This document shows positions 51,063 through 61,783 of a stretch of 64,000 bases of DNA, piece after piece. Position numbers and translations under genes: made by a program. Origin of the DNA: Candidatus Methanomethylicia archaeon. GTDB taxonomy: Archaea; Thermoproteota; Methanomethylicia; CALHIW01. The stretch spans positions 64,001-128,000 of the forward strand of contig JAWBQF010000004.1 of NCBI GenBank assembly GCA_038845975.1, in the 5' to 3' direction. Every line of letters begins with the position of its first letter. Within the stretch, counting starts at the first letter, position 1. Under the pieces are notes generated by a model. The model was not told where the DNA came from, searched no databases, and was given only the letters and a program-made list of their open reading frames with translations.

Positions 51063-54000
51063 ATGATAAGTATGAAACGAATTTCAAAGATTCTGTTATT
51101 GATAGTATTAGCTTTATCTAATTTATTATTTCTCAATTTGACTGCGGATGAGATAAACTATGAAGTAACTGGTCCCCAGGTTAAGGGTTTATGTAGCTTT
51201 CTTGAGTTACAGTATATTCATGAAGCTGGTCTGCTTAGAGCAGCTACCACAGTAGAACCTGAAAGGGAGAGAATCTATATTGCTTCAGATAACTTATTGG
51301 CTGCAAGAGCTCTAACCCTACTAGGAAGTAAGCTTGGTGTAAAGATACTTACCGTCTTATCCCAAAAATACAGCTTCGGCTTTAACTGTCGTCATGAAGT
51401 AATTCTTGGATTTAACATACCTGATGAATTCTATGCTTTAAGACAGGAAAAGATTGGTGAAGTCTACTCTACAGCATTAGGCTTAAAATTTGAGATACTC
51501 TATGAGAAGCCGGATAAGTCAAGAATTATTTATGATTGGCGTGAATATGTAGACCTCACTATTTATAGAGCTTTAGACTACATTATAGAGGGAAGAATAA
51601 GCGAAGCTGAGGAACTTTTCAGAAACATACTCTCAGCTTGGGATGGAAATGGTTTTAGAGATAAAGCTCAGAAGGAAAGTGGAAGATATGAAACATACAA
51701 GATTGCACTTGCACTCTATCTCTACAGAGTTCTTATTGAGGTTAATGGTAAATGTCCTATTGAGACTGAAACCATTAATAAATGGTATACTATCCTAAGA
51801 AGAATGCAGACAGTAAATGGAGGCATAGTAACCCACTATGTTGTTAGAAATGAAGTTATTGAGCCTTTAGGAGATGCTAATACTGAAACTACAAGTATTA
51901 CAGCTATAGCTCTTAGCAACTTACCTTCACTCTTCAGCAGGAACTCTAAGCTCTACCTATTACAGATAGATGTAATAACAGATTCAGACTGGACTAGTGT
52001 GAATTTTCCTAATGGTCCTATTATAATAGCTTACAATGGGTCAATTCTTACAGGTGGAAATGCGTCTGAATTAAAGTATTACTTCGATAATATGAGGGTA
52101 TGGATAAGTAAGAAGACATATGATACGACTAAAGTAACCTTGCGAATAACTGGAATAGCAATTAGGGGCTCTAATCTAGGAGGAATTGTGATAATGAAGG
52201 GACATATAGGTGTTACTGAGGTAGTATTAAGGTTTTGGGATGGAGGAGGGTTCATCTATTATAGCTCGGTTAGACATGAAGGTATTAATCAGAGTGATCC
52301 AGTATCTAATCCGAGATTCTTTACCATAAATTATGATTTTCTCTATGCCAAGCCAGTTGGTACAGCACTCCGTGAATCTATTCCACTAGCAATGCAGAAA
52401 AAAGTATGTGCTTTCTACTATCCCTGGTATGGTAATGCTAGAGGACCTAGCCGCTGTTTCTTTCATTGGGAGGGTGTAGATGTTGATTCAATCGGTTCTT
52501 CAACCCATTATCCGATGCTAGGGCCTTACGATAGCTACGATGAGAAAGTTATAGAGACGCATATGCTATTAGCTAAATCCTCAGGTATAGATTATTTCAT
52601 TGTATCCTGGTGGGGCATAGATACCTTCGAAGATAAAGTATTCCACAGTCTCCTCAATGTAGGTGAGCAGTTAGGCTTTAATATAACAATATACTATGAA
52701 TCATATAGAGGATTATCCCCTCTTCTAGATCCTACCCAGATAGTTAATGAGCTTTCCTATGTAGTTAGGAATTATGCTTCTTCCCCAGCTTTTCTGAAGG
52801 TGAACGGTAGACCAGTTATATTTATCTATGCTGTTGAAGCATATGGGAGAGATCTGGATTTCTGGTTTAAAGTAAGGCGGAGCCTTGAGGAACATGTTGG
52901 ACCCGTATATCTAGTAGGTGATTTAAGGGATCCACGGTATATTCATGTTTTCGATGCTTTCCATACATATATCGAGCTTAACCTAAACGTAATGGAGGAT
53001 GTATTCAAAACCTACAGGCAAAAAATGAGTATTGGATTAAAGGATCTTGACTTAAATCAAGCTATTAACATCATACTGAGTAAAGGAAACCCAACAATAC
53101 AAGAGAAAGCACTCTGCTTCACAGTAGTTCCAGGCTATGATGATAGGAAGATTAGATATCCTGGAGCTCTTCTAGATAGAAGAAATGGAGAAACCTATAA
53201 GGCCTACTGGCAAAAGGCTTTGAAAGCAGATCCAGACCTCATCCTAATTACAAGCTGGAATGAGTGGCATGAAGGTACGGAGATAGAGCCAAGTAGAGAA
53301 TACGGCTTCACATATTTACGGCTAACAGCTATATATACTGCTCAGTTTAAGAAAACTAGCTTACCATACATAGAGAAGCCTAAATTAATTTTGAAATATC
53401 TACCGAGAATAGATAATGGTACTCTAAGCCTAAACATCAGTAGTCAAGATTATACAGCCTTCATAATTACAATTAAGATTATACTTAATTCTAGTTTAGA
53501 GGCCAGCTATATGGAGGGCTACCTTACTTCCACTATACGGCAAGATAATCTTGACGTGATAACCGTAGTATTCCCCGTTCTGAAGAGTGGAGAATCTGTA
53601 ACTATGAGGTTTCAACTAAGAAGACATTTACCTGATACTGTGAATATCAAAGAGACAACTGTAGAATACTATTCAGCTAATGGGGAAAGATTTAAGCAGG
53701 AAGTAGGGGAAGAGTATTACCATAGGTTAACTGTAAGAGGACCAAGTGATTTAGCTATTACTATATTCGGTCAGCTCTATATTGCTAGAAATGGAAACAT
53801 TAACCTCTGGATGAGGAGGCAAGCTGTGGAGGTACATGTCTTAAGTGAGGTTATCCAAATTTCAGATAATGAAAGACTAAGATTTACTGGATGGAGTGAT
53901 GGTAATGTGGAATCTAGAAGAATAGTGAAGCTGGAAAAACCCTTAACTCTTGAAACTATATATCAAAGACAGTTCAGACTCATATTTGAGGATACTTATA

Positions 54001-54548
54001 ACATTATCTTAATACCTAGCAGTATGGAGGAAAACTGGTATGTGGAGAATTCAAATGTAAACATTTCAGTTAAAGCTATACAATATATAAACAATTCAAC
54101 GAGGAAGGTACTTACATCATACTTTATAAATGATGTAGAGCATTCAGTTTCCACACAGGAAGATTTATTTATCATTAGGATAGTAATAGACCAAGCTGTC
54201 AAATTGAAGTTTAAATACGTCACACAATACTTTATTAAAGGCTATTCCAAGTTTAGCCGTGTCCTTGGTGAAGGATGGTATCCTGAAGGATCAGAGGCTA
54301 TACTAAGTGTAGATAATGATTCTGTTCCTATGGAGGGACTTCTCGGTCTAATAGGTGGAACATACAATGCAGATTCAAAAACCAAAAAGCTTAGAGTAAC
54401 AGGTCCAATGGAAGCCCACTTCGCATGGACTCCAAACTATAGACTTCCTACAACTGTTTCACTATTTGCTATTGGTCTATCCATAGGTATACTCTCCCTA
54501 CTTATTGTTAGAAGACGCCGTAAGAGAACTTCTAGTACGGACAGCTAG
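51063..54548 (+). CDS. Secreted, membrane-anchored multidomain protein with a central GH99-like glycoside hydrolase domain
   Basis: Signal peptide; AFYYPWYG, LGPYDS, VSWWG, PGYDDR, ITSWNEWHEGTEIEP; C-terminal TM followed by RRRRKR. Confidence 0.8.
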   Translation: MISMKRISKILLLIVLALSNLLFLNLTADEINYEVTGPQVKGLCSFLELQYIHEAGLLRAATTVEPERERIYIASDNLLAARALTLLGSKLGVKILTVLSQKYSFGFNCRHEVILGFNIPDEFYALRQEKIGEVYSTALGLKFEILYEKPDKSRIIYDWREYVDLTIYRALDYIIEGRISEAEELFRNILSAWDGNGFRDKAQKESGRYETYKIALALYLYRVLIEVNGKCPIETETINKWYTILRRMQTVNGGIVTHYVVRNEVIEPLGDANTETTSITAIALSNLPSLFSRNSKLYLLQIDVITDSDWTSVNFPNGPIIIAYNGSILTGGNASELKYYFDNMRVWISKKTYDTTKVTLRITGIAIRGSNLGGIVIMKGHIGVTEVVLRFWDGGGFIYYSSVRHEGINQSDPVSNPRFFTINYDFLYAKPVGTALRESIPLAMQKKVCAFYYPWYGNARGPSRCFFHWEGVDVDSIGSSTHYPMLGPYDSYDEKVIETHMLLAKSSGIDYFIVSWWGIDTFEDKVFHSLLNVGEQLGFNITIYYESYRGLSPLLDPTQIVNELSYVVRNYASSPAFLKVNGRPVIFIYAVEAYGRDLDFWFKVRRSLEEHVGPVYLVGDLRDPRYIHVFDAFHTYIELNLNVMEDVFKTYRQKMSIGLKDLDLNQAINIILSKGNPTIQEKALCFTVVPGYDDRKIRYPGALLDRRNGETYKAYWQKALKADPDLILITSWNEWHEGTEIEPSREYGFTYLRLTAIYTAQFKKTSLPYIEKPKLILKYLPRIDNGTLSLNISSQDYTAFIITIKIILNSSLEASYMEGYLTSTIRQDNLDVITVVFPVLKSGESVTMRFQLRRHLPDTVNIKETTVEYYSANGERFKQEVGEEYYHRLTVRGPSDLAITIFGQLYIARNGNINLWMRRQAVEVHVLSEVIQISDNERLRFTGWSDGNVESRRIVKLEKPLTLETIYQRQFRLIFEDTYNIILIPSSMEENWYVENSNVNISVKAIQYINNSTRKVLTSYFINDVEHSVSTQEDLFIIRIVIDQAVKLKFKYVTQYFIKGYSKFSRVLGEGWYPEGSEAILSVDNDSVPMEGLLGLIGGTYNADSKTKKLRVTGPMEAHFAWTPNYRLPTTVSLFAIGLSIGILSLLIVRRRRKRTSSTDS

Positions 54549-54654
54549 CTACATGACCATGATATAGTATATTTCAAATAATACTTTTAATAAGATTTTT
54601 TGTAGTTGGTTTCTGATTCTTTTCTATGAATGTTCTTAATCTTCTTTCAAGTAA

Positions 54655-55351
54655 GGCTTTGTTAACTTAAGCATGTTTATTACCTCTATTTTGGTATTGT
54701 GTTTCTATGAATTCCTTAGCTTTTATTTTCTTGTTAATCCATGTTTGTTTAGCTATACTATTGACTTCATAAGAATTGATGTATGCTCATTATCACATTT
54801 ATCCTTCATGTTATGTAGTTATCGAATAGCTTAGTTCTATCCTAATATAATGTATGATTCCTCCATTAGATTCCTAACCTATAAACTATATCATGTTTAA
54901 TTTTAATATTTTACGCTTATAGTATTAAGCTTCATCACTTAATAAACTATATTAACCGCAGATAGCTCCTAATTTTCTTAAGGAATGTTAGGGATGTAGG
55001 TATGTTGCAACATCGCAAACCCATATGTAGAGAATTCTTCTCAATAGTGGCTCGAATACGACATAAACAATCTTCCTCATAGACCCCACACTTATAATAG
55101 CATCATCAACCACAATCCTAACATCCCCTATCAAAATCAAATAGCTTAAGATAAACCACAATAATATAGATACATAACCTAAAATAATAAAGCTTAAAAT
55201 ATCTGAAGCCATTCTAGAAGAACGAAAATATATAAGCAATAAACAACTAAAGTAAATGAAGTTCTCTCACTAATAAACCTAACAACTTTAACCATATTAA
55301 CACCATAAATAAGGGAGAGAACTTCCAAATAAATCTAAAGTTAACAAAGCC
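54655..55351 (-). mobile_element. Degenerate IS6-like element (697 bp) with 17-bp TIRs and a transposase fragment
   Basis: GGCTTTGTTAACTTAAG (54655-71) and CTAAAGTTAACAAAGCC (55335-51), one mismatch; internal ORF 54988-55239 (IVVDDAIISVG...VVFEP); both ends recur elsewhere in the window; no TSD seen. Confidence 0.78.
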
Positions 55352-55644
55352 ATCTACGATGATTAAAATAGGATTAACCTAACAGTTTTCATATCACTAT
55401 TCAATTGCCACGAACTCTGGCATTATTGGTAAAGATATTGTGGAATGGGTTGAAGTATTCTTAAGAAAATAATTTAACTATGAAACATATTGCAACTCTT
55501 CATCAATTCATGACTAGGGTCTTGGTTTCGCCGAGACTCCAGTAACAGGGGAATTAGGCTGGTATAAATATAAAAATCTATAGGTAAAATTGATAATTAA
55601 ATGAAAGGTTGGTGTGAATGTGAAAAATAATAAAAGAAAAATAC

Positions 55645-56170
55645 CTGGCATGCTCTGCATTTTATCGGGAATTGAGTGGGAGACCTATTTTGACAGACAT
55701 AATAAATCGTCCAACTATCTCTTGGAGTTTAGGCTTTCTATAAGCTAAGCGATATTTTCTTCCATCTATTCCGCAGACGAGTTTTCCCGGAATAGATATA
55801 TTACTTTAGTCTTCATCGAATAGGCTTTATTCTCTTTGAGCCTCTCTTGGGCCTTCTCAAATAATCCCCTATAGATTATCGCTGGCACTTTGACTAAAAT
55901 TCACTCTTCCATCGGCCTTAAATTCTCAACCTTTTTCCTTGATCTGTTCGGCTTCTTACACTTTCTCCACCAATAAAATTCCAGTGTACATTTCTCTGGT
56001 TAGCATTCTGTAGATAGTCGTCTGATGCCGCCAACACTTTACATTCAACTTTTCCTCCTAACAATTCTATCGAACTTTGTAGGGATTTTCATCTCGTTCA
56101 ATCTCTTTTGAATCTGGTAAATGTTCAAGCCATCGTTAGCGAGCTAATTGAAAACCATTCTGACAAATAT
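55645..56170 (-). pseudogene. Large serine recombinase fragment (recombinase domain plus zinc ribbon)
   Basis: VRMVFN*LANDGLNIYQIQKRLNEMKIPT...TTIYRMLTREMYTG...RPMEE*ILVKVPAIIYRGLFEKAQERL...YLF/GKLVCGIDG...YYVC, with stops and frameshifts. Confidence 0.78.
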
Positions 56171-56206
56171 GATTGTCAAGAGGAAAATAAAAAGAACTTT
56201 TCCGTC

Positions 56207-56560
56207 TTACTTCTCAACTTTTGAGCCGATTTCCTCCAATATCTTTAAAATTTGTTCTTTGAGTATGGGAAGTTTCTTTTTGATTGTTTCCCAAACCAGT
56301 TCCAAATTTACGCCAAAGTATTCATGGATTAACTTATCCCTCATACCAGCGATATCTTTCCAGGAAACTTCCCGATGCCTCTTTCTCAGCTCCCTACTTA
56401 ACTTCTTTGTTGCCTCACCAACTATCTCGAGAGCTCTTAAGACCGCATACTGTTTCTCTACGTTTTCAAAAAATGCTTCTTTGGTTACGCTCTCGGTAAA
56501 TTTCTCTATCTTGGATATGGCATCTAAGATATGTTTTAGGTACGCTTCATCTTTTTTCAT
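56207..56560 (-). CDS. HepT-like (DUF86) HEPN ribonuclease toxin
   Basis: [29 protein letters not shown] (RxxxxH). Confidence 0.9.
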   Translation of the reverse strand: MKKDEAYLKHILDAISKIEKFTESVTKEAFFENVEKQYAVLRALEIVGEATKKLSRELRKRHREVSWKDIAGMRDKLIHEYFGVNLELVWETIKKKLPILKEQILKILEEIGSKVEK

Positions 56561-56882
56561 AGATTACCTGCATCTCCTTTTTTACATCCTCTATTATGCA
56601 GGGGTTTAGAGTACTAAAAATTCCAAGATCAACCTTCCTTTTGAAGATCTTACTTAACTCATTTTCTATTCTAACCAAGTCGAGGAGACTCTTCCCGCTA
56701 TTTTCTTCAAATTCAATGGCTATATCAATATCGCTTTTTCTCTTTTGCTCTCCTCTAACAAAAGAGCCAAAGATAGCCATAAAAACTATGTCGTTCCTCT
56801 GGCAGATCTCGAGTAATTTCTCCTTTAAGCCTTCTTTCCTTAGCTCTTTTGGTAAATTTTCTATTTCAATTTTTATGTTCAT
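56547..56882 (-). CDS. MntA-like minimal nucleotidyltransferase antitoxin
   Basis: IFGSFVRGE...[14 protein letters not shown]; overlaps the start of the HEPN gene. Confidence 0.9.
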   Translation of the reverse strand: MNIKIEIENLPKELRKEGLKEKLLEICQRNDIVFMAIFGSFVRGEQKRKSDIDIAIEFEENSGKSLLDLVRIENELSKIFKRKVDLGIFSTLNPCIIEDVKKEMQVIYEKR

Positions 56883-57033
56883 GTTGCCACTTACTAAAAG
56901 ACTCCCTAAATTTAAGCCTTTTCCTCATAAAGTTTTCCGAGTCCTTCAACCAATTCTTGGATTGGGTCTAGAGATTCTTTAACCATTCTTGGTTTAAAAA
57001 TTCATTAAACTTCTCATCTGAAATTAAAAGGTG

Positions 57034-57086
57034 CATAGAGACACAATACAAAACAGAGATGATCAATATGCTTAAGTTCACAAGTC
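57034..57086. repeat. Isolated end of the IS6-like element
   Basis: catagagacacaatacaaaacagagatgatcaatatgcttaagttcacaagtc resembles the reverse complement of 54655-54710. Confidence 0.65.
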
Positions 57087-57131
57087 TAGTTCTACTCTGC
57101 AAAGAATATTAATAAGAGAAGACTGAGTAGA

Positions 57132-57455
57132 GTGGAAATGATAGGATTACAGGAAGTAATTACGATCGCAGGTGTTGTTGCAGGCGCAATCATGGCATTG
57201 AAAGGAATTCAAGAATATAGACGTTCCATCATGTTTAGACGGGCTGAGTGGCTTTATTCGCTCTACCGCGATTTTTACATGCTTGGAGCGTTAAAAGAAG
57301 ATGATGTTAAGGCCATGTTTGACTACTACTTAAAACTCTTTTATAAATCTAAGCTTACAATTGAATATTTATCAAGAATGGGTTTTGAATACTTAGCGGA
57401 ATATTTAGAAAGATATAAGCATTCTACAGGTGATGGAATTGAGGGAGAAGATTAA
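57132..57455 (+). CDS. Hypothetical protein with N-terminal TM helix
   Basis: 107-aa ORF with a hydrophobic N-terminus; overlaps the next gene. Confidence 0.5.
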   Translation: MEMIGLQEVITIAGVVAGAIMALKGIQEYRRSIMFRRAEWLYSLYRDFYMLGALKEDDVKAMFDYYLKLFYKSKLTIEYLSRMGFEYLAEYLERYKHSTGDGIEGED

Positions 57456-57798
57456 TAAAATCTTTGTTTATGGAACACTTGAGAAAACAGAGTTCTTCAT
57501 AGATTTAATTAGTGCAGGAGAAATAAGGTATGTTGGGAGTGGTAAGATTCGGGCAAAACTCTACGATTTAGGAGAATATCCTGGAGCAGTAGAACATAAG
57601 GAAAGCTACGTTTATGGTAGAGTATATGAAGCCCAAAATATAGATAAGGTTTTACCGTTATTCGATAAATATGAGGAATTCTACCCAGATAATCTGGAGA
57701 GTAGCCTTTTCGTTAGAAAAGTTGTGAGGGTAACTATGGAGAATGGGGAGAGTTTAAAGGCCTTCGTCACATTTACAGCAAAGAATGTGAGCTTCTAG
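57430..57798 (+). CDS. Gamma-glutamylcyclotransferase (AIG2-like) family protein
   Basis: IFVYGTL, LYDLGEYPGA, VYGRVY, DKYE, FVRK. Confidence 0.8.
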   Translation: MMELREKINKIFVYGTLEKTEFFIDLISAGEIRYVGSGKIRAKLYDLGEYPGAVEHKESYVYGRVYEAQNIDKVLPLFDKYEEFYPDNLESSLFVRKVVRVTMENGESLKAFVTFTAKNVSF

Positions 57799-58362
57799 CC
57801 ATCTTTACCCTTCTTGTGATATGCTTCAACTCTCTTTGATGCTTTACTTTCGTTTGGTAGTTCCTTGCTCATACAAGACTCTACAAAAAAGTGCTTAAAT
57901 GTTGAGGATGTTGTTTTAACACTCTAATGCTTACTTTAGCTTACGAACCTCGACTAAGTTTCACAGCTAGCTCCTTAAACAGTTTGTAGTTCTATGACTA
58001 ATCGAAGAACTTTTATTTAGCCTTGCGCCTAGGCTTAATGAGCTACTAACGCTTAAAACTATTAAAAGAATGAAATGAGTGAATAAAATGGATGTGATGA
58101 GGAGAATAAATAAGCTTAAGGGAGCAGGAGGAAAATAGTTAAAGACATTATCAAAACAATGGAAACCAGACTTCAAAGCTTAATATTGAAACCTATGTGA
58201 AGAGTGGAGAGTAATACTGCTACTACAATGGAGCTGTAAGCTTTGCTGTTGATGTTGTTAACGGCTTTTCTCAAAGCTGCATGTCGTTACAATTTTGCCT
58301 CCTGCCACGTTTAAAACAATATTTACGTAAAATATATAATTGTCCTAGCAAAAGTATTAAAT

Positions 58363-60297
58363 GTGAGGAGGACTACTAGAGCTATTACCGTCTTTATCCT
58401 TTTAATCGTTATTGTGTTTTTAACATACCTCGGTGTTCTTTATGTTTCTGCAGCTTCTGCAAAGTATAGCATATCTAAGGCAAGCTTATTGGAAATCCCT
58501 GATCTGGTAGAGGTCTTGCTTTCAAGACGGCTTGACTTGGAGCTATGCTTAGATATAGAGGGTCATGGCTTACTATCAGTTCCAGTAAGGTCTCTTAGCG
58601 GTCAGCTATACCTGGAGGACAAGTATGTTGGGAGTATTAGAAGCAGGGAACCTTTCCAGATTCCAGCCTCAGGTACTAGAACAATTTATATTATTCTCCA
58701 CTTAGATCTTTCAAGCATTTCCTTAAGCGACATTCAGTACATTATTAATTCTATTTCCTCTCATAATGGTGAGGTGAAAATAAGTTTTGATGGTCAAATT
58801 GAACCAGTAATTCTATTCTTTCCAATAGTCATCCCAGTTTCATACCAGTTCTACACCTTAACATCTTCAAACGCACCGAAAATATCTAGCCTATCTTGGC
58901 ATCCAACATCTATCACCTTAGGAGAGACAGCTGAATTCCATGTTACTGTTAGAAATGTATTTCGAGCAACTCCTATAGATGGTGTACTTGACGTAATTGT
59001 TAAGGAGGATGTTATAGGCGGCTTTGATGTTGATGCTAATATTTATCATTTCTCCGTACACTTATTACCTGGAGAATCCAAGACATTTAGCGGATCCTTT
59101 AAACCTTATAAGAGAAATATTACTAGAGGATTCTTCCTGAAAGTCCAATGGGGATCCAGCATTCTAGCAGAGCAGGAAAACACATATCCTCCAAGGCTTT
59201 CCGTCGCAAGTGGTGTCCTAAGCCTTGTTGAAACCTATTGGACGGTAGATGGCTTAAGAGTTACAAAGTGTAAAGTGGGAGAAGAGGTTGTAGCACACAT
59301 TATTTTGAAGGCAAGCAATGCTCCGGTTGAAGGTACTGTAAGAATAAAGATAAGAAAAGATTTAGTGCTACGACCAGACGAGGACATTAAGATTTCAAGC
59401 TTCACTATATCCCTTAGAAAAGATGAATTAAGAGAATACACCTTAACATTTACTCCAAGCGAACCTAGTGGAACAAGTCTACGTGGCTACTTCATCGAGA
59501 TTGAGGGAGAAATATCGTGGACTATGCCAGATGCTTACCCTCCAAGATTAACCGTAAGTAAAGATGGAATACCATCGGTAGTTAGTGCATGGTGGACAAC
59601 ATCTGCAGGTACTGTTACAGAAGTGAAGAATGGAGAAACCGTTCAAGCACATGTCTGCATTAGAGCATTAGGAGGAGATTTACAAGGAGCTATAACAATA
59701 CGAGTGAGAAAGGATCTTGTTTCATTACTTGATGAAGATTATGAAATACAAACATACACGCTATCTCTTAAAGAGAACGAGCAGACGGAGTTGACAGTAG
59801 TATTCATAGCTTCAGAGGTAACAAGCCCATTTTTTAGAGGTTACTTCATTCAAGTAGACTTCGTCACGTGGGGTATTTCGTGGACTATGGAGAGCTCATA
59901 TCCCCCTAGGCTAAAGGTAAGTGAGGCACCTATTGGAGGCATACCTTTACTTCAGAAAGCTTGGTGGACAGTGGACAATCAGGTTGTCACAGAGGCAAAG
60001 CAAGGACAGACCGTGAAGGCACATGTATTAGTTAAGGCAATTGATGGAAACTTAAAAGGCATATTAACAATTCGCATCCGTAAAGATTTAGCGTTACTTC
60101 CAGACGAAGACTATGAGGTGGAATCCTTCAGTATCAATGTACCCAAAGGCCAAACCGTGGAGTTAACTGTGACCTTCCTTGCATCAGAGAAATCCAGCTT
60201 CAGCTTCAGAGGATACTTTATCCAAGTGGATTTCAACTCTTGGGAGACATCATGGACTATGGAGAGCTCATATCCTCCAAGACTGAAAATTACTTAA
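58363..60297 (+). CDS. Membrane-anchored protein with LEA_2/WHy-like domain and four tandem ~120-aa beta-rich repeats
   Basis: N-terminal TM; repeats share W...G..V.AH....(R)KD...DED...RG(Y/F)F...YPPRL; identical 23-nt segments at 59881-59903 and 60253-60275. Confidence 0.75.
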   Translation: MRRTTRAITVFILLIVIVFLTYLGVLYVSAASAKYSISKASLLEIPDLVEVLLSRRLDLELCLDIEGHGLLSVPVRSLSGQLYLEDKYVGSIRSREPFQIPASGTRTIYIILHLDLSSISLSDIQYIINSISSHNGEVKISFDGQIEPVILFFPIVIPVSYQFYTLTSSNAPKISSLSWHPTSITLGETAEFHVTVRNVFRATPIDGVLDVIVKEDVIGGFDVDANIYHFSVHLLPGESKTFSGSFKPYKRNITRGFFLKVQWGSSILAEQENTYPPRLSVASGVLSLVETYWTVDGLRVTKCKVGEEVVAHIILKASNAPVEGTVRIKIRKDLVLRPDEDIKISSFTISLRKDELREYTLTFTPSEPSGTSLRGYFIEIEGEISWTMPDAYPPRLTVSKDGIPSVVSAWWTTSAGTVTEVKNGETVQAHVCIRALGGDLQGAITIRVRKDLVSLLDEDYEIQTYTLSLKENEQTELTVVFIASEVTSPFFRGYFIQVDFVTWGISWTMESSYPPRLKVSEAPIGGIPLLQKAWWTVDNQVVTEAKQGQTVKAHVLVKAIDGNLKGILTIRIRKDLALLPDEDYEVESFSINVPKGQTVELTVTFLASEKSSFSFRGYFIQVDFNSWETSWTMESSYPPRLKIT

Positions 60298-60613
60298 AAG
60301 CTTCATTAACTATGACGATATTAATATTCATGAATTATTCGATCCGATCTAAAATATGAGAAATTCATTCCTTTTTAAACTTGAACGACTTCAAACTCTA
60401 CGGAACTGTTTTTAATCTTGGTTCTTCAGATGTAAAAATGATGTTCCAAGCATCTATTTCCAGTCCTCCAAAATCATCCTTAACCTTACCATATTCTTCA
60501 TCAAGTATTCTATGGAAAGTTTGGTATAATAGTTTAAACCGTTCCTCCTTCATAAGTTACCATAAACCATATATTACTACTAATTGAAGACCCTTCTCTA
60601 TAAATGTTTTCAC

Positions 60614-61397
60614 ATCAATTCCTAACTCTGAAGTTACTTTTCTAATTCTATTATCAAGCTCATCCATCGGGATGTTTAGTGGAAGATTACTTATAAGGGA
60701 ATTTAGGTATTTATGCTTTTGCCGGTGGTCTTCCTAGGGTTTGATGTGGCCTATCCAGTTATACCATAGGGTGAAGAGCCTTAGGAAGAGCTCGACCTTA
60801 AATAGCCTCCTCCTCGTCTGGAAGTTATGATAGAATCATTTCATTCGTCCTTAAGGCTTCTAAACCATCGTTTCACAGCATTCCTAAGTCCAAAGCCTCC
60901 ATTGAAGCCCATAGAACCTAAGAGCTTCAGGATACCAAGGGCCTCGATCGACGAGGATGAGGGGTTTGTTAAGACATGCATTAAGAACTTCCTTTAGGAA
61001 TAGGTCGGTATCTAGAATGCTTCGCTGCCACAATACCCTTATAGCAAGGAGCCCTTTGTACGTCATTACTGCCCACACATAGAAGTCCAGCATCCTTAAG
61101 CTTTGTCTATGGCTACGGCCTTTTTCCTCTTAGGCTTCATATCGAGCCCTATACCTTCCATCTTCTGAACCCCGCTTCCATACCTACGTGGCTCTCCTCT
61201 ATGGCTCGGCATACGTATGCTACCTATAGCTTAGACCAGCCAAATATAGGAGACAAACCCTCACCTTAAGCCTAACCGAAACCTATTATGCCTAAAGATC
61301 CCTTTATCCTTCAGAGCTTTGGGGAGTCTACCTATAACATAAACCACCCCAGAAGAATAGACCCTTAAAACACCTCAAAAGCAGAGTTAACAGTATC
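60614..61397 (-). mobile_element. IS6-family element with pseudogenised transposase
   Basis: LLYLAGLSYR, VWKRVQK, AVAID, FYVWA, ILVDRGPWYPEAL, FYHNF; ends taactctg (60623-30) and cagagtta (61382-89). Confidence 0.8.
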
Positions 61398-61653
61398 TCT
61401 TTTTTGTTAGAATCTTTATTTTATCTATTTCTTTGATTTCCATTTTCTATATGGTGTTTCTCTATCTAATGATGTGTGTAGTCTTATCAATTATAGTATT
61501 CCATTCAGTACATAGTCTCTAAAGCTTCTAAACATCTTCAAGTAATCTATAAAGGATGCTTAAATATATCCAATAAAGTTCTATGAAGCTTACACTCATA
61601 TAGAATGAAGAGTAAGCTTAATGAATAATTCTATTATAACTTGGGAAAATTAA

Positions 61654-61783
61654 AGCTTTGTGGCTTAATATTCATTTCTCGTAATCTATATCATTAAATA
61701 CTATGGTTATAAGTGCTTATTAAGCTTTTTCGTACTTTATGTAAACTTGAATTTGCAAAATTTCGGAATTAAGCCACAAAGCA
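61654..61783. mobile_element. 130-bp MITE-like element
   Basis: Perfect 15-bp inverted repeats GCTTTGTGGCTTAAT (61655-69) and ATTAAGCCACAAAGC (61768-82); flanking 8-bp direct repeat AAAATTAA (61646-53, 61784-91). Confidence 0.72.
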
